A stretch of 64,000 nt of DNA from positions 17,822-81,821 of IMG/VR virus record IMGVR_UViG_3300025118_004802, one strand, 5' to 3'. The notes beneath the pieces were generated by a model. The model had not been told where the DNA came from. It saw only the letters and a list, made by a program, of their open reading frames with translations, and did not search any database. Both the position numbers and the translations under genes were made by a program. This document shows positions 42,417 to 50,575 of the stretch, piece after piece (the first letter of the stretch is position 1; each line of letters starts with the position of its first letter). Source of the stretch: a virus.

Positions 42417-42427
42417 CTTTCAACCAG

Positions 42428-42504
42428 TGGGCGATCTGGGGCTCGAACCCAGATGTGACCAGTTACTCTTTCTACGGCTTATAAGACCGAGGAGATAATC
42501 GCCC
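42428..42504 (-). tRNA. Non-canonical tRNA-like RNA, anticodon UAU (Ile), no D-arm
   Basis: GGGCGAT/ATCGCCC-A acceptor stem; CTGGG-TTCGAGC-CCCAG T-arm; CGGT-CTTATAA-GCCG anticodon arm only 8 nt after the acceptor strand; CCA not encoded. Confidence 0.75.
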
Positions 42505-42512
42505 ATGTTCTT

Positions 42513-42541
42513 AATATAACAAACTAAGAACGCTCTGTCAA
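42513..42541 (-). promoter_or_regulatory. Sigma70-type promoter for the tRNA-like RNA
   Basis: TTGACA-17-TATATT with TGn extension, ending 8 nt before the RNA 5' end. Confidence 0.8.
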
Positions 42542-42551
42542 GCCTAAAGAC

Positions 42552-42698
42552 CTATCTCTTTCCCTGTCCTCGATACTTCTTCTTATAATGTTTTGACTGA
42601 CCCTGGGGGCCAGCAGACCCCCACTTAGTAAAAGCACTGCACCCCTGGCGAGTTTTCTTCTTTGGGGTGCTGTTTCGCTTGATATTACCACTTGCCAT
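42552..42698 (-). CDS. 48-aa basic microprotein of the phage KKTRQG...YRGQG family
   Basis: Below the ORF-track cutoff: MASGNIKRNSTPKKKTRQGCSAFTKWGSAGPQGQSKHYKKKYRGQGKR; ATG overlaps the upstream TGA (TGATG). Confidence 0.8.
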   Translation of the reverse strand: MASGNIKRNSTPKKKTRQGCSAFTKWGSAGPQGQSKHYKKKYRGQGKR

Positions 42699-42988
42699 CA
42701 GAGCACCATCTTCTTTACTTGATCATAAGCCTCAATAAGGGCATCCATGTCCTTTTCACCTTTGATCATCCGATAAGCCTTGACAGCGGCCCAGATTTCT
42801 TCCTTGGTCAGGTACCCCTCATCAATATAAGATTTACGGACGTCTCTCTTGTGTTCTTTGAAGGGCTCCATCGCTTCCTCAGTAGCGACGAGATCCTTAA
42901 GATAATTTTTTACGTGTTCCTCCTTTGAAAGAATCACGTTCTCCTCTTCCTCGTTCTGAGGAATTCCAAACTGGACTACATTGCTCAT
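42698..42988 (-). CDS. Possible GapR/DUF2312 or T4 DsbA-like DNA-binding protein
   Basis: Helical pattern EEAMEPFKEHKRDVRKSYIDEG...VKAYRM; weak resemblance only. Confidence 0.45.
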   Translation of the reverse strand: MSNVVQFGIPQNEEEENVILSKEEHVKNYLKDLVATEEAMEPFKEHKRDVRKSYIDEGYLTKEEIWAAVKAYRMIKGEKDMDALIEAYDQVKKMVL

Positions 42989-43183
42989 CTATTCTTCTCC
43001 TTTGCTAATCCACTCATTAAGAAGTACCGCACTGGTTGTATATGCCCCCATTGCAAAGTATAGTACTAATAGCCCTTTAAAGGCCTCTCCTGCGTCGTCA
43101 GTGATACTCCAGAAACATGTAAAGGTAAAGAGTACCCCTAAAAAGAAGGCAACCGCCATCCTCTGTGTTTTCGTCTTAAACAT
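42989..43183 (-). CDS. Small two-TM membrane protein
   Basis: Two hydrophobic stretches; GGAGG RBS. Confidence 0.6.
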   Translation of the reverse strand: MFKTKTQRMAVAFFLGVLFTFTCFWSITDDAGEAFKGLLVLYFAMGAYTTSAVLLNEWISKGEE

Positions 43184-43207
43184 AATAACCTCCTTCAGTT
43201 AAAAATA

Positions 43208-43291
43208 TGGTAGGGAAGGCGGGATTTGAACCCGCAAGCCGTGAAGCGGGAGATTTTAAGTCTCCTGTGTATGCCATTCCACCACTTCCCC
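43208..43291 (-). tRNA. tRNA-Leu(UAA)
   Basis: GGGGAAG...GGAGA-CTTAAAA-TCTCC, long variable arm, GCGGGTTCAAATCCCGC T-arm, encoded ACCA. Confidence 0.96.
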
Positions 43292-43304
43292 AAATCATAT
43301 TATT

Positions 43305-43333
43305 ATGATACATGAGGTTGGAGGGGATGTCAA
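43305..43333 (-). promoter_or_regulatory. Sigma70-type promoter for tRNA-Leu
   Basis: TTGACA-17-TATCAT. Confidence 0.7.
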
Positions 43334-43809
43334 GCATTGTTTTTTTTCAAAAGATCGTCATCTTCCAAAGTTTCCAAATAATCAAACTGCATCTTTTGGA
43401 GATTACAGGTGAAAAAAGGATCCACTTCTTCGAACTCTTTGAGATAACGATTACTTACGATAGGTTGGAATGTGGAAATTCCGTGATCCTTGATATAATT
43501 AACATAAAAAGGGTTGTCATCAAAGTATACCTGAATATCGTATTTTTGCAGCAGCTTAAGCTTGTGGCGCGCCATTTTTTTAAAATGACTTAGATCCATT
43601 TGAGTTTTGTCATACTCATAACCGCCCAGAATGGCTTTATAGTGAGTATTCTCCACACCCAATTTAACTAGAGCTTCCTCAACTTCGTATAATTTAGAAG
43701 GAGGCGTCCCTGTAATGATATAAACGTCGCCAGGCCAGCTTTTAATTAAATTTACAAAAAATACAGGATCATATGATATTGTATCGTGGAAATCTAGCCC
43801 TAAATTCAT
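43330..43809 (-). CDS. HAD-superfamily phosphatase
   Basis: LGLDFHDTI, IITG, K...YFDDN; start moved to ATG 43809 (ATGA overlap). Confidence 0.75.
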   Translation of the reverse strand: MNLGLDFHDTISYDPVFFVNLIKSWPGDVYIITGTPPSKLYEVEEALVKLGVENTHYKAILGGYEYDKTQMDLSHFKKMARHKLKLLQKYDIQVYFDDNPFYVNYIKDHGISTFQPIVSNRYLKEFEEVDPFFTCNLQKMQFDYLETLEDDDLLKKNNA

Positions 43810-44648
43810 CTTGTTAACATAAATAACAACGGCCAAGCAGGGATAATCCTGAGGTCTTGTGGTGTTACCACAGCACAACCCTCTCCCGAGCTGTCGTGGT
43901 CATCAGATGGCGCTGAGAGACTGTCGCTTTTAGTAAAGCTGTTCGGGCTCCACTCAGCGGTGTCCTGAATCCCATTACCGTTGCGGTCGTGATCGCAAGC
44001 ATCTCCAATGCCGTCTCTGTCATGATCCTCCTGATATGTATTTGGTACTGAAACACAGTTGTCAACATGATCATAGTTATAGTCGTTATCCATATCGTTT
44101 GCGCATTTCATATTTCTACGGTAGTCGCGGCGATGTAAAAGTGGGCACTCATCCATAATATCGTCCACACCATCGTTGTCATCGTCAGTATCACAGACAT
44201 CTCCTAGGCCGTCGAGATCTGTGTCGATTTGACTCGGATTAGGAAGACCCGAGCAGTTATCATCAGTGTTATTGACTGAGTCTCCGTCTAAGTCTTCGTC
44301 ACAAGAATCACCCACGCCATCTGCGTCGCGATCATATTGGTTAGGGTTCCAACTAGTCAAACATGTGTCACATGCATCCCCCCATCCATCAGCATCTCGG
44401 TCTGACTGGTCCGGGTTTGAGTCCCATGGGCACGTATCGAAATTATCCTCTATGCCGTCCTCGTCATAATCGTCTGCATATTGATAGCTATCACCTTGAT
44501 CAGTATTTGCGATTAAAACACTACCTCCCCCTCCTCCGCCGCCAGATTCCTCCGGAGTGCCACACAAGCCGCCGGCGCATTCGCCCTCTTCCTCAGCGTA
44601 TACGGGGTTTGCCAGGAGGGCACTAATCATAATTATATTTTTTAACAT
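43806..44648 (-). CDS. Thrombospondin type-3 repeat surface protein, MtsC-like, with MYXO-CTERM-like tail
   Basis: Signal peptide; ECAGGLCGTPEESGGG; repeated DNC...NPxQxDxDxDGxGDxCD; C-terminal GC + hydrophobic stretch + R. Confidence 0.85.
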   Translation of the reverse strand: MLKNIIMISALLANPVYAEEEGECAGGLCGTPEESGGGGGGGSVLIANTDQGDSYQYADDYDEDGIEDNFDTCPWDSNPDQSDRDADGWGDACDTCLTSWNPNQYDRDADGVGDSCDEDLDGDSVNNTDDNCSGLPNPSQIDTDLDGLGDVCDTDDDNDGVDDIMDECPLLHRRDYRRNMKCANDMDNDYNYDHVDNCVSVPNTYQEDHDRDGIGDACDHDRNGNGIQDTAEWSPNSFTKSDSLSAPSDDHDSSGEGCAVVTPQDLRIIPAWPLLFMLTR

Positions 44649-44663
44649 TCTATTTTCCCTTTT

Positions 44664-45278
44664 TTAAATTATATCGTCGATGAGACCATATTCCAGGCAA
44701 GTCTTTGCATCCCACCATAGATCGCGTTTAAGCATCTCTTTAAGTTTTTTCTTAGGGATCCTGGTATATTGTGTATAAATATCGGTTATCGTGCGCATTA
44801 ACAATTCGTTATTCGTCATCTCATCCTTTAACTCTTCAAACTTCCCCCAACTTATCGAGGATAGTTGATGGATCAACATAAACGAATGCTCTCTCATTAA
44901 GCGTTTCTTGGCAACTACAGACATTAAAGTAGCTGCAGAGGCTGCGCAGCCATCAATAACCGATGTTACTGGAATCTGACTACTTTTTATGTAGTCGACT
45001 GCAGACATCCCCGCGAACACGCTCCCTCCGTAGCTGTTAATATACAGTTGTATACCAGTTGGACAACTTTCTAAGCCAAGTGTGTTAACTTGATTAAGTA
45101 AGCTGATATTTAGGGATGTGATCTTTTTATTCAAAGTTAAAATTTTTGCACGGTTAACTTCCGAATAGAAATATATCCTGTTGTTCATAGTCTCCACACG
45201 ATCTTTAGACTCATTTTCATCCGTGCTGGGATCAGAGTCCGAGCCTAGTCGCTGAGTGTTCTGAGTCCAAGTTAACAT
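44664..45278 (-). CDS. clpP: ClpP-family serine protease
   Basis: LYINSYGGSVFAG, GCAASAA, MLIHQ, RDLW...EYGLIDDI. Confidence 0.9.
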   Translation of the reverse strand: MLTWTQNTQRLGSDSDPSTDENESKDRVETMNNRIYFYSEVNRAKILTLNKKITSLNISLLNQVNTLGLESCPTGIQLYINSYGGSVFAGMSAVDYIKSSQIPVTSVIDGCAASAATLMSVVAKKRLMREHSFMLIHQLSSISWGKFEELKDEMTNNELLMRTITDIYTQYTRIPKKKLKEMLKRDLWWDAKTCLEYGLIDDII

Positions 45279-45282
45279 TCGT

Positions 45283-45546
45283 TCACAGCTTCTTTCGCTT
45301 CTTTCGCCTCTTTTTGTTCCGAGGCTTCGGGCGTGTATCAGAGGGGATGTCTTCTGGAGGCTTCTCCCTAGTCTTAATTACAAACTGCCCCTTCACTTTG
45401 TGAATTTTTACATTCAAGTGATCAGAGTTAATCTCAATTGTCTCTTTGAGAGCCACCGCGCCTTCGTAAGTTTCTTGGCGGCCACTAATATCCCATCGAG
45501 GGCCCTCCTCGTCCGAGGGCGCTTTTTCTCTATTTTTATATGTCAA
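45283..45546 (-). CDS. Hypothetical protein with basic tail
   Basis: 87 aa, operon spacing. Confidence 0.5.
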   Translation of the reverse strand: MTYKNREKAPSDEEGPRWDISGRQETYEGAVALKETIEINSDHLNVKIHKVKGQFVIKTREKPPEDIPSDTRPKPRNKKRRKKRKKL

Positions 45547-45735
45547 CTAGAGGATTCTCCTCTTCTCCATCTCTTTCACTAAAACCTCCATATCCTGTCG
45601 GATCATGCTGCGCGTCGTGTTAAGTTCACCGCGCAGGGTCGCCAATTCATCGCGAAGTTCGCTCACGCTGGTGCGCAGGTTCCGTGAATCCTTTTGAACT
45701 ACCGTGAGTTCCTTTTTGAGTTCCGTATTAGTCAT
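45547..45735 (-). CDS. Small coiled-coil protein
   Basis: Heptad L/V pattern; AAGGA RBS. Confidence 0.6.
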   Translation of the reverse strand: MTNTELKKELTVVQKDSRNLRTSVSELRDELATLRGELNTTRSMIRQDMEVLVKEMEKRRIL

Positions 45736-45764
45736 TTAAGTTCCTTTTGTTATTATCCGCTTCA

Positions 45765-46096
45765 GGTGGAGACGCCGGGAGTCGAACCCGGGTCCAAAAT
45801 ATTTCGAACATTACGTCGTTCACAAGATTAGTTTACCTTTTTTACGCAGAAAAGTTAAACAAAAACTGCTTTAGTCTCCGCTACCAGAGCTTCTTTTTTA
45901 CCTCAGAAAGAAGAAACTGCTTTTTGCTAGCGTTTGGTTAAAAGGTTGCTAGCGACCCCTGCTTAAGCAGCTAGTGCTACAGCGTTTTCAACGTCAATAT
46001 TGGCGTTTAAGTTTTTAAGCGTTTTTACAGAGACCAACGCTTCCCTCTGTCTTGCATGTAATGTTTTTGATACCTTGTCGAATCCTTTTCGTCCCC
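45765..46096 (-). ncRNA. ssrA: tmRNA; tag peptide ANIDVENAVALAA
   Basis: 5' GGGGACGAAAAGGATTCGAC; 3' GACCCGGGTTCGACTCCCGGCGTCTCCACC; tag ORF 46004-45963 ends ALAA-TAA. Confidence 0.96.
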
Positions 46097-46097
46097 T

Positions 46098-46219
46098 AAA
46101 AAAACATGGGAGGCCCAAACATCCTCACTGTCTGGATCGCCAGCCTATCTTCTATTTGTGTAATTTTTGCCCTCGTTATAGACAATGAGGTTATTTGTTA
46201 ATATTCTTCCGTCCCATGT
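46098..46219 (-). ncRNA. Candidate ~120-nt hairpin small RNA of unknown class
   Basis: ACATGGGA/TCCCATGT terminal stem, CAAATA/TGTTTG and CCTCATTGTCT/AGACAGTGAGG inner stems; promoter directly upstream, U7 tract at the 3' end. Confidence 0.6.
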
Positions 46220-46227
46220 ATACTATA

Positions 46228-46255
46228 AGTATATACTATTTCTATCATTTGTCAA
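46228..46255 (-). promoter_or_regulatory. Sigma70-type promoter upstream of the hairpin RNA and tmRNA
   Basis: TTGACA-16-TATACT. Confidence 0.75.
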
Positions 46256-46610
46256 GCTGTTCGCTAAAATAATCGATTAAATTGTACTTTTTTACTAATT
46301 TTTCGAATTCTACCTTGTTAAGACCTAGGAATCGCGCGGCTTCTCTTTTCGATGCAGCTGCTGAGAGCGCATAGTATAAAGAAGCTTCTTGTGCAATAGA
46401 CGTCATTGCACGGACTACCGGAAGACCATAAAGTTTACCTCCGATACTACGGCTAGCTAATTCTAACTTAAGACCAATAATCTCTTCTAACTTAAGCTGG
46501 TTAAGCATCACCTCAAATTCTACTGTAGTCTTCTTCTTGCTTCTCAGCAGTTTACTTAAAGACACCCGTTGGTATTTTGAGCGGCTCTTTTTTCTCGGTA
46601 TCCACAACAC
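46245..46610 (-). CDS. Fis-like helix-turn-helix protein
   Basis: YYALSAAASKREAARFLGLN...LVKKY; exact start uncertain. Confidence 0.65.
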   Translation of the reverse strand: MLWIPRKKSRSKYQRVSLSKLLRSKKKTTVEFEVMLNQLKLEEIIGLKLELASRSIGGKLYGLPVVRAMTSIAQEASLYYALSAAASKREAARFLGLNKVEFEKLVKKYNLIDYFSEQLDK

Positions 46611-47449
46611 TAAACGCCCGGGGGGGTACCCCCGGTGGCGTCCTGAGTGTCTTGTTGGATATCAGACATGTTATCAGCATACTCCGGGGAATCTAAATTT
46701 GCAGTCATCTCAGTCTCAAACCGTTCAAAATATTTAGTAACATTATCAAGTAAATATTCATAAAAATCCTGACGATCACTAACGTCCGCTAAATTTTTAT
46801 AAGCCTTAACAATCGTTGGCTCAATGCGTCTGAATGTCTCGGAACTAAAGTTTCTACCGGTCCGCTCAGAACCTTCGATCTCTGGATAGCTATCTGCTTC
46901 GGGCTTCTCTTCAGGGGCATCCTCTTCAGGATCCTTGATATCATCGCCCAATAGTTCTTGATCAATTTTTACGCCGAACTGAGCCTCGGCTAACGCAGAC
47001 CCCAGTGCATCGTCTGCCAACTCTTCTGGTATACCGTACGGCATCACGGTACCTAGGGTATCCTCGATCGCTGCCAGGATGTGGTCTCTGAAGGAGTCTC
47101 GTTGTTCTGTACTGGTAGTAAGACTTGTATAACCAACTTTGAGATCAGCAACTAATTTTTTCATAATATCTGCTAGTGCATTAATACCAGTGCTTCGGCG
47201 CTGCCGGGCGTCATCGTCGAGTGATTCAGCTTCCGTGAGTAATAACGTACGGATTAGTCCACGTATCTTGTTTTCTTCTTTCAAAATATGTGCTGCAGCT
47301 GTGGTCTCTTCTAAAATTAAAGGTCGAATAAGTTGTCGAAGAGTGATCTCTTCTTGTAATAACAACTCTTTAGCTATAGCCTTTCTTTCAAATACCAATT
47401 TGATAGCTCTCTGAACATGCTCTCTTAATACCTTTTCATCATTAGTCAT
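46610..47449 (-). CDS. Hypothetical protein with three tandem leader-like helices
   Basis: EKVLREHVQRAI, EITLRQLIRPLILEE, ENKIRGLIRTLLLTE. Confidence 0.65.
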   Translation of the reverse strand: MTNDEKVLREHVQRAIKLVFERKAIAKELLLQEEITLRQLIRPLILEETTAAAHILKEENKIRGLIRTLLLTEAESLDDDARQRRSTGINALADIMKKLVADLKVGYTSLTTSTEQRDSFRDHILAAIEDTLGTVMPYGIPEELADDALGSALAEAQFGVKIDQELLGDDIKDPEEDAPEEKPEADSYPEIEGSERTGRNFSSETFRRIEPTIVKAYKNLADVSDRQDFYEYLLDNVTKYFERFETEMTANLDSPEYADNMSDIQQDTQDATGGTPPGV

Positions 47450-47481
47450 ATTGACGTTGTCCTCTTTTCTATATTATATAA

Positions 47482-50316
47482 TTAGTATTCAGTTTCTAAT
47501 ATATTAGTTATAGTATCCTCTATATTCTCTAGTTTGTAAATATTAGCTTCTTCTTTTTTCTTTTTCTTCTTTTTGTCTCTCTTGTATACGGGCCCGGCAT
47601 AACCAGCTACGCTGCCACCTCCCATCCCCGAGATCTCAGAAATGACTTCCTCAACCAAAGAAAATAGGTAGTGCATATTGAGTTTTTTTTTAGATTCTGT
47701 GGCCACAATTTCTTCTTCTTCCGGCATTGAACTATTAACATCTGAGAGGGTGTCGACTATACTGTTGATGTTGTCCTCTTTTGGTTCCGGTACAAAGTCT
47801 TTCAATAATTCTCTCACAACTCTCTTGCTATGCGGCCCTATGGCAGGATTCATGTACAATTTCAGAAAATATCTAAAGTCAGATGCATGGAAGTCTTCCG
47901 ACGGATCATTTTCGGACGTCTTATTTGGTACACCATCCCTGATTCTACGGTTACTCTCTCGGTCAAGCAACGACATGTATTTGCCGCTGTGGGTATCATC
48001 TAACTTGCAAGCTCGTTTGGCTAGTTTTAAATCCGGTCTAACTCTACCACTGCTACTGATACTATCGACAGCGTCAAACCTTTTCACATCAGAAATTCCA
48101 GCAGCATCGGCCTTGTCCCCACACCCGAAAACAATTGTAGCCCCGACGGGCGCCCCGAAGCCGCCTTCCGACGGTGGAGGCTCTTCTACATACTTCAGTG
48201 CGCTAAGAAAGGGAGAGTTCTCATCTGACACTTCAACCTCAACTTTACCCTCTGGAAGGTCTAAGTTCGAAATTATTTTTCTCCATATGGTTGCAGCTGC
48301 CTCAGCACCCAATACGACGCCCGGGGTTATTTCACGTATGCTACCTTTCCCTTGGGGATTCGACACTAAGATACGTACTAGGCTGATTGCAGGGTCCATG
48401 GCTAACTGCATTAATGCCGCTACATGGCCACGGTGTGGTGGCTTGAAGGAGCCAGGGAATAGAGCGATAGTTTTGCCGGCTTCTTCGGCGCTGTCTAATT
48501 CCCTTTCCTTAGCCTCTTGGTCCGCCTCAGACGCCGCGGCGCGAACTCCTCCAGGCGCTGCAGCGTTTTTAGCCAATGCCTGGGCAATCGGATCCCCAGT
48601 GGGCAACGCACTACTTATCCCCTTTGCTAGAGAATATAGCCCAGCTGGGAGGATTAATTTGTTGGCCTTCGCCAATGCCGGTACTAAGCCTGGTATCTTT
48701 TTGGCCATTTTAGCCAACTTGGCACTTCCGGCTACTCTTTTTACACCCATCGCGCCCGCCTTCGCGCCTTTGAGCCTGCCACCAACTATGGGAATGGCAA
48801 AAACTATAGAAACCGCCAATGCCGTAGCGTTGGCGGTGCTGTCATCGGCAGAAAAGTCATCATATGCATCTTCCACGGCCGGCCATTGTGATAGCCCGGT
48901 AGGATCAAAAATCATTGCTGCCGTCTGGGCCCAGTCTGGCAAATATCCCATGCCGGCTCGAATTTCATCAACGAGCGAGTCCAGGAGGCCCTCTGCCAAC
49001 ACCGGTTCGGTGGCTTCAGTAACTTTGCCGAACGGAGTGTCCAAACCTTGTGTAATAAACTCACCAGTAATCTTTACATCGAGCGGCATATCAAAAGATT
49101 CTCCACTATTGGGATCCTGTACTGTGGTACTTCCAAATCTTTTGTCACGTACGACAATCCCTTCTTGACTCTCTACGTCTCCAAATGTTTCACTAGTTAG
49201 TGAACTCTTAACGACGTGGCCTAAGTTTTTAATAGCTTCCCAAAAAACTATTCCATCCACAAACGTACGAACCGCAGGAACTTCCCCAACCCCCGGATAA
49301 TGTACTGTCTGTTCTGGGTCGACAAGTAAATCAGATAACTTCTTCTGAGCCTTCCCGTAAAGATAAATGTCTTTGTTGAGTGGGTCGACTGCTGCAGCCT
49401 TGGTTTTTATTTTGATCCCTTTGATACCTTTTGGGTTATGCGCACTTTTGAGCCAATCTTTTAATTTAAAGTCAACCGGACAATCTGTCTCGTCAATACA
49501 AAGGACCAGAGGTGTATTTAATACACGCTCAAATTCTTTATGTACATCCGGGGTTTGGGTGTCTGTTTTATATTTAGTTGGAATCGAAGAATATATATCA
49601 AACCCAAGTTTGGCTGCAATGGGACGCATTTTTCGCACTAACGTTTCTAGCACTTCCTTATTATAGGGGATAGCGATACCTTTGTCAGGTATTAATTTTG
49701 GATTTCCGCGTCGGTCAAGCACCTGATCGCCATTATCGTCGACCATCTCTGGTCGTGGCAGACCGGGGCGGCTTGCAGTAGAAAATCCTGAACGTTCTTG
49801 CTTATCTGGTCGTGGTACCACTCTTTTTTCATAGAACTGAGCCAGTCCGTGGATCGCTATATAGCTTCTGTCATATTCAACTACGTTGGTTCTTTTATCT
49901 TCTTCATCCACCTCAACGAACTCGATATTGAAATAACGCGAAGGGTTGTCCCACATTCCAAGTTGTCGCAATTCGTGCTTAATCCCAGGAAGAGACGCAT
50001 TGAATATGTCTAGTACTTTTCGATAAGAACCGATCATCCCATGCGTCGGATTATCAACCCAGCGTTCAGCAACACGGGCCTTCGTAATCCCGCTCACGTC
50101 TACCTCATAGCTGGATCCTCGATCTCCTGCGAACTGTCGGCCATCGATATCGCCATTTACTACTTTGATTGAAGCGTTAACACCGTCCAGCTTTAGCGCG
50201 GCGGGACTAGATTCAATCGATGTGATGATATCATAAAAAAACTTAACTAGATCTTCACCTGTCCGGACCGCGTCCAGATCAAATGGGTGATTCATGTGTC
50301 CATATGCGCCGCCCAT
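47482..50316 (-). CDS. Multidomain protein: ligase-like nucleotidyltransferase + hydrophobic pre-toxin-like segment + HxGH nucleotidyltransferase
   Basis: HMNHP, LKLDGVN, EGIVV, VKITGEF; DPTG...AIPIVG; IALFPGSFKPPHRGH...HASDFR. Confidence 0.72.
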   Translation of the reverse strand: MGGAYGHMNHPFDLDAVRTGEDLVKFFYDIITSIESSPAALKLDGVNASIKVVNGDIDGRQFAGDRGSSYEVDVSGITKARVAERWVDNPTHGMIGSYRKVLDIFNASLPGIKHELRQLGMWDNPSRYFNIEFVEVDEEDKRTNVVEYDRSYIAIHGLAQFYEKRVVPRPDKQERSGFSTASRPGLPRPEMVDDNGDQVLDRRGNPKLIPDKGIAIPYNKEVLETLVRKMRPIAAKLGFDIYSSIPTKYKTDTQTPDVHKEFERVLNTPLVLCIDETDCPVDFKLKDWLKSAHNPKGIKGIKIKTKAAAVDPLNKDIYLYGKAQKKLSDLLVDPEQTVHYPGVGEVPAVRTFVDGIVFWEAIKNLGHVVKSSLTSETFGDVESQEGIVVRDKRFGSTTVQDPNSGESFDMPLDVKITGEFITQGLDTPFGKVTEATEPVLAEGLLDSLVDEIRAGMGYLPDWAQTAAMIFDPTGLSQWPAVEDAYDDFSADDSTANATALAVSIVFAIPIVGGRLKGAKAGAMGVKRVAGSAKLAKMAKKIPGLVPALAKANKLILPAGLYSLAKGISSALPTGDPIAQALAKNAAAPGGVRAAASEADQEAKERELDSAEEAGKTIALFPGSFKPPHRGHVAALMQLAMDPAISLVRILVSNPQGKGSIREITPGVVLGAEAAATIWRKIISNLDLPEGKVEVEVSDENSPFLSALKYVEEPPPSEGGFGAPVGATIVFGCGDKADAAGISDVKRFDAVDSISSSGRVRPDLKLAKRACKLDDTHSGKYMSLLDRESNRRIRDGVPNKTSENDPSEDFHASDFRYFLKLYMNPAIGPHSKRVVRELLKDFVPEPKEDNINSIVDTLSDVNSSMPEEEEIVATESKKKLNMHYLFSLVEEVISEISGMGGGSVAGYAGPVYKRDKKKKKKKEEANIYKLENIEDTITNILETEY

Positions 50317-50319
50317 AAT

Positions 50320-50568
50320 TTAACCCCTCTTGCTTTCTTCTAGGATTTCAATTTGTTCTTCTAGAAGATTGACACGCTCCTGGAGCCGTCGCGAAATCTT
50401 GCGGATTTCCACCAAATGTTCTTTGGCAATCTCTAAGCGTCTATAATCGGTTTGAGTACGTGGTTGAAGAGCGCTCAGTGTTTCACGTAAAGCTTGAATA
50501 TAATTCGTAATGTTCTTATCCTTGCCTTCTCCTAAAATAAACCTTCTAGTCATTTTATTCAAATCCAT
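50320..50568 (-). CDS. Hypothetical coiled-coil protein
   Basis: 82 aa heptad pattern. Confidence 0.6.
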   Translation of the reverse strand: MDLNKMTRRFILGEGKDKNITNYIQALRETLSALQPRTQTDYRRLEIAKEHLVEIRKISRRLQERVNLLEEQIEILEESKRG

Positions 50569-50575
50569 AATAATT

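Noticed and set aside
42601-42672. GC-rich inverted repeats that resemble terminators
   Set aside because: They lie within the 48-aa coding sequence and lack a convincing U-tract
45747-46188. Plus-strand ORFs 45747-45941 and 46000-46188
   Set aside because: They are the antisense of tmRNA and the upstream hairpin
47678-49168. 496-aa plus-strand ORF
   Set aside because: Antisense shadow of the motif-bearing minus-strand gene; no motifs of its own
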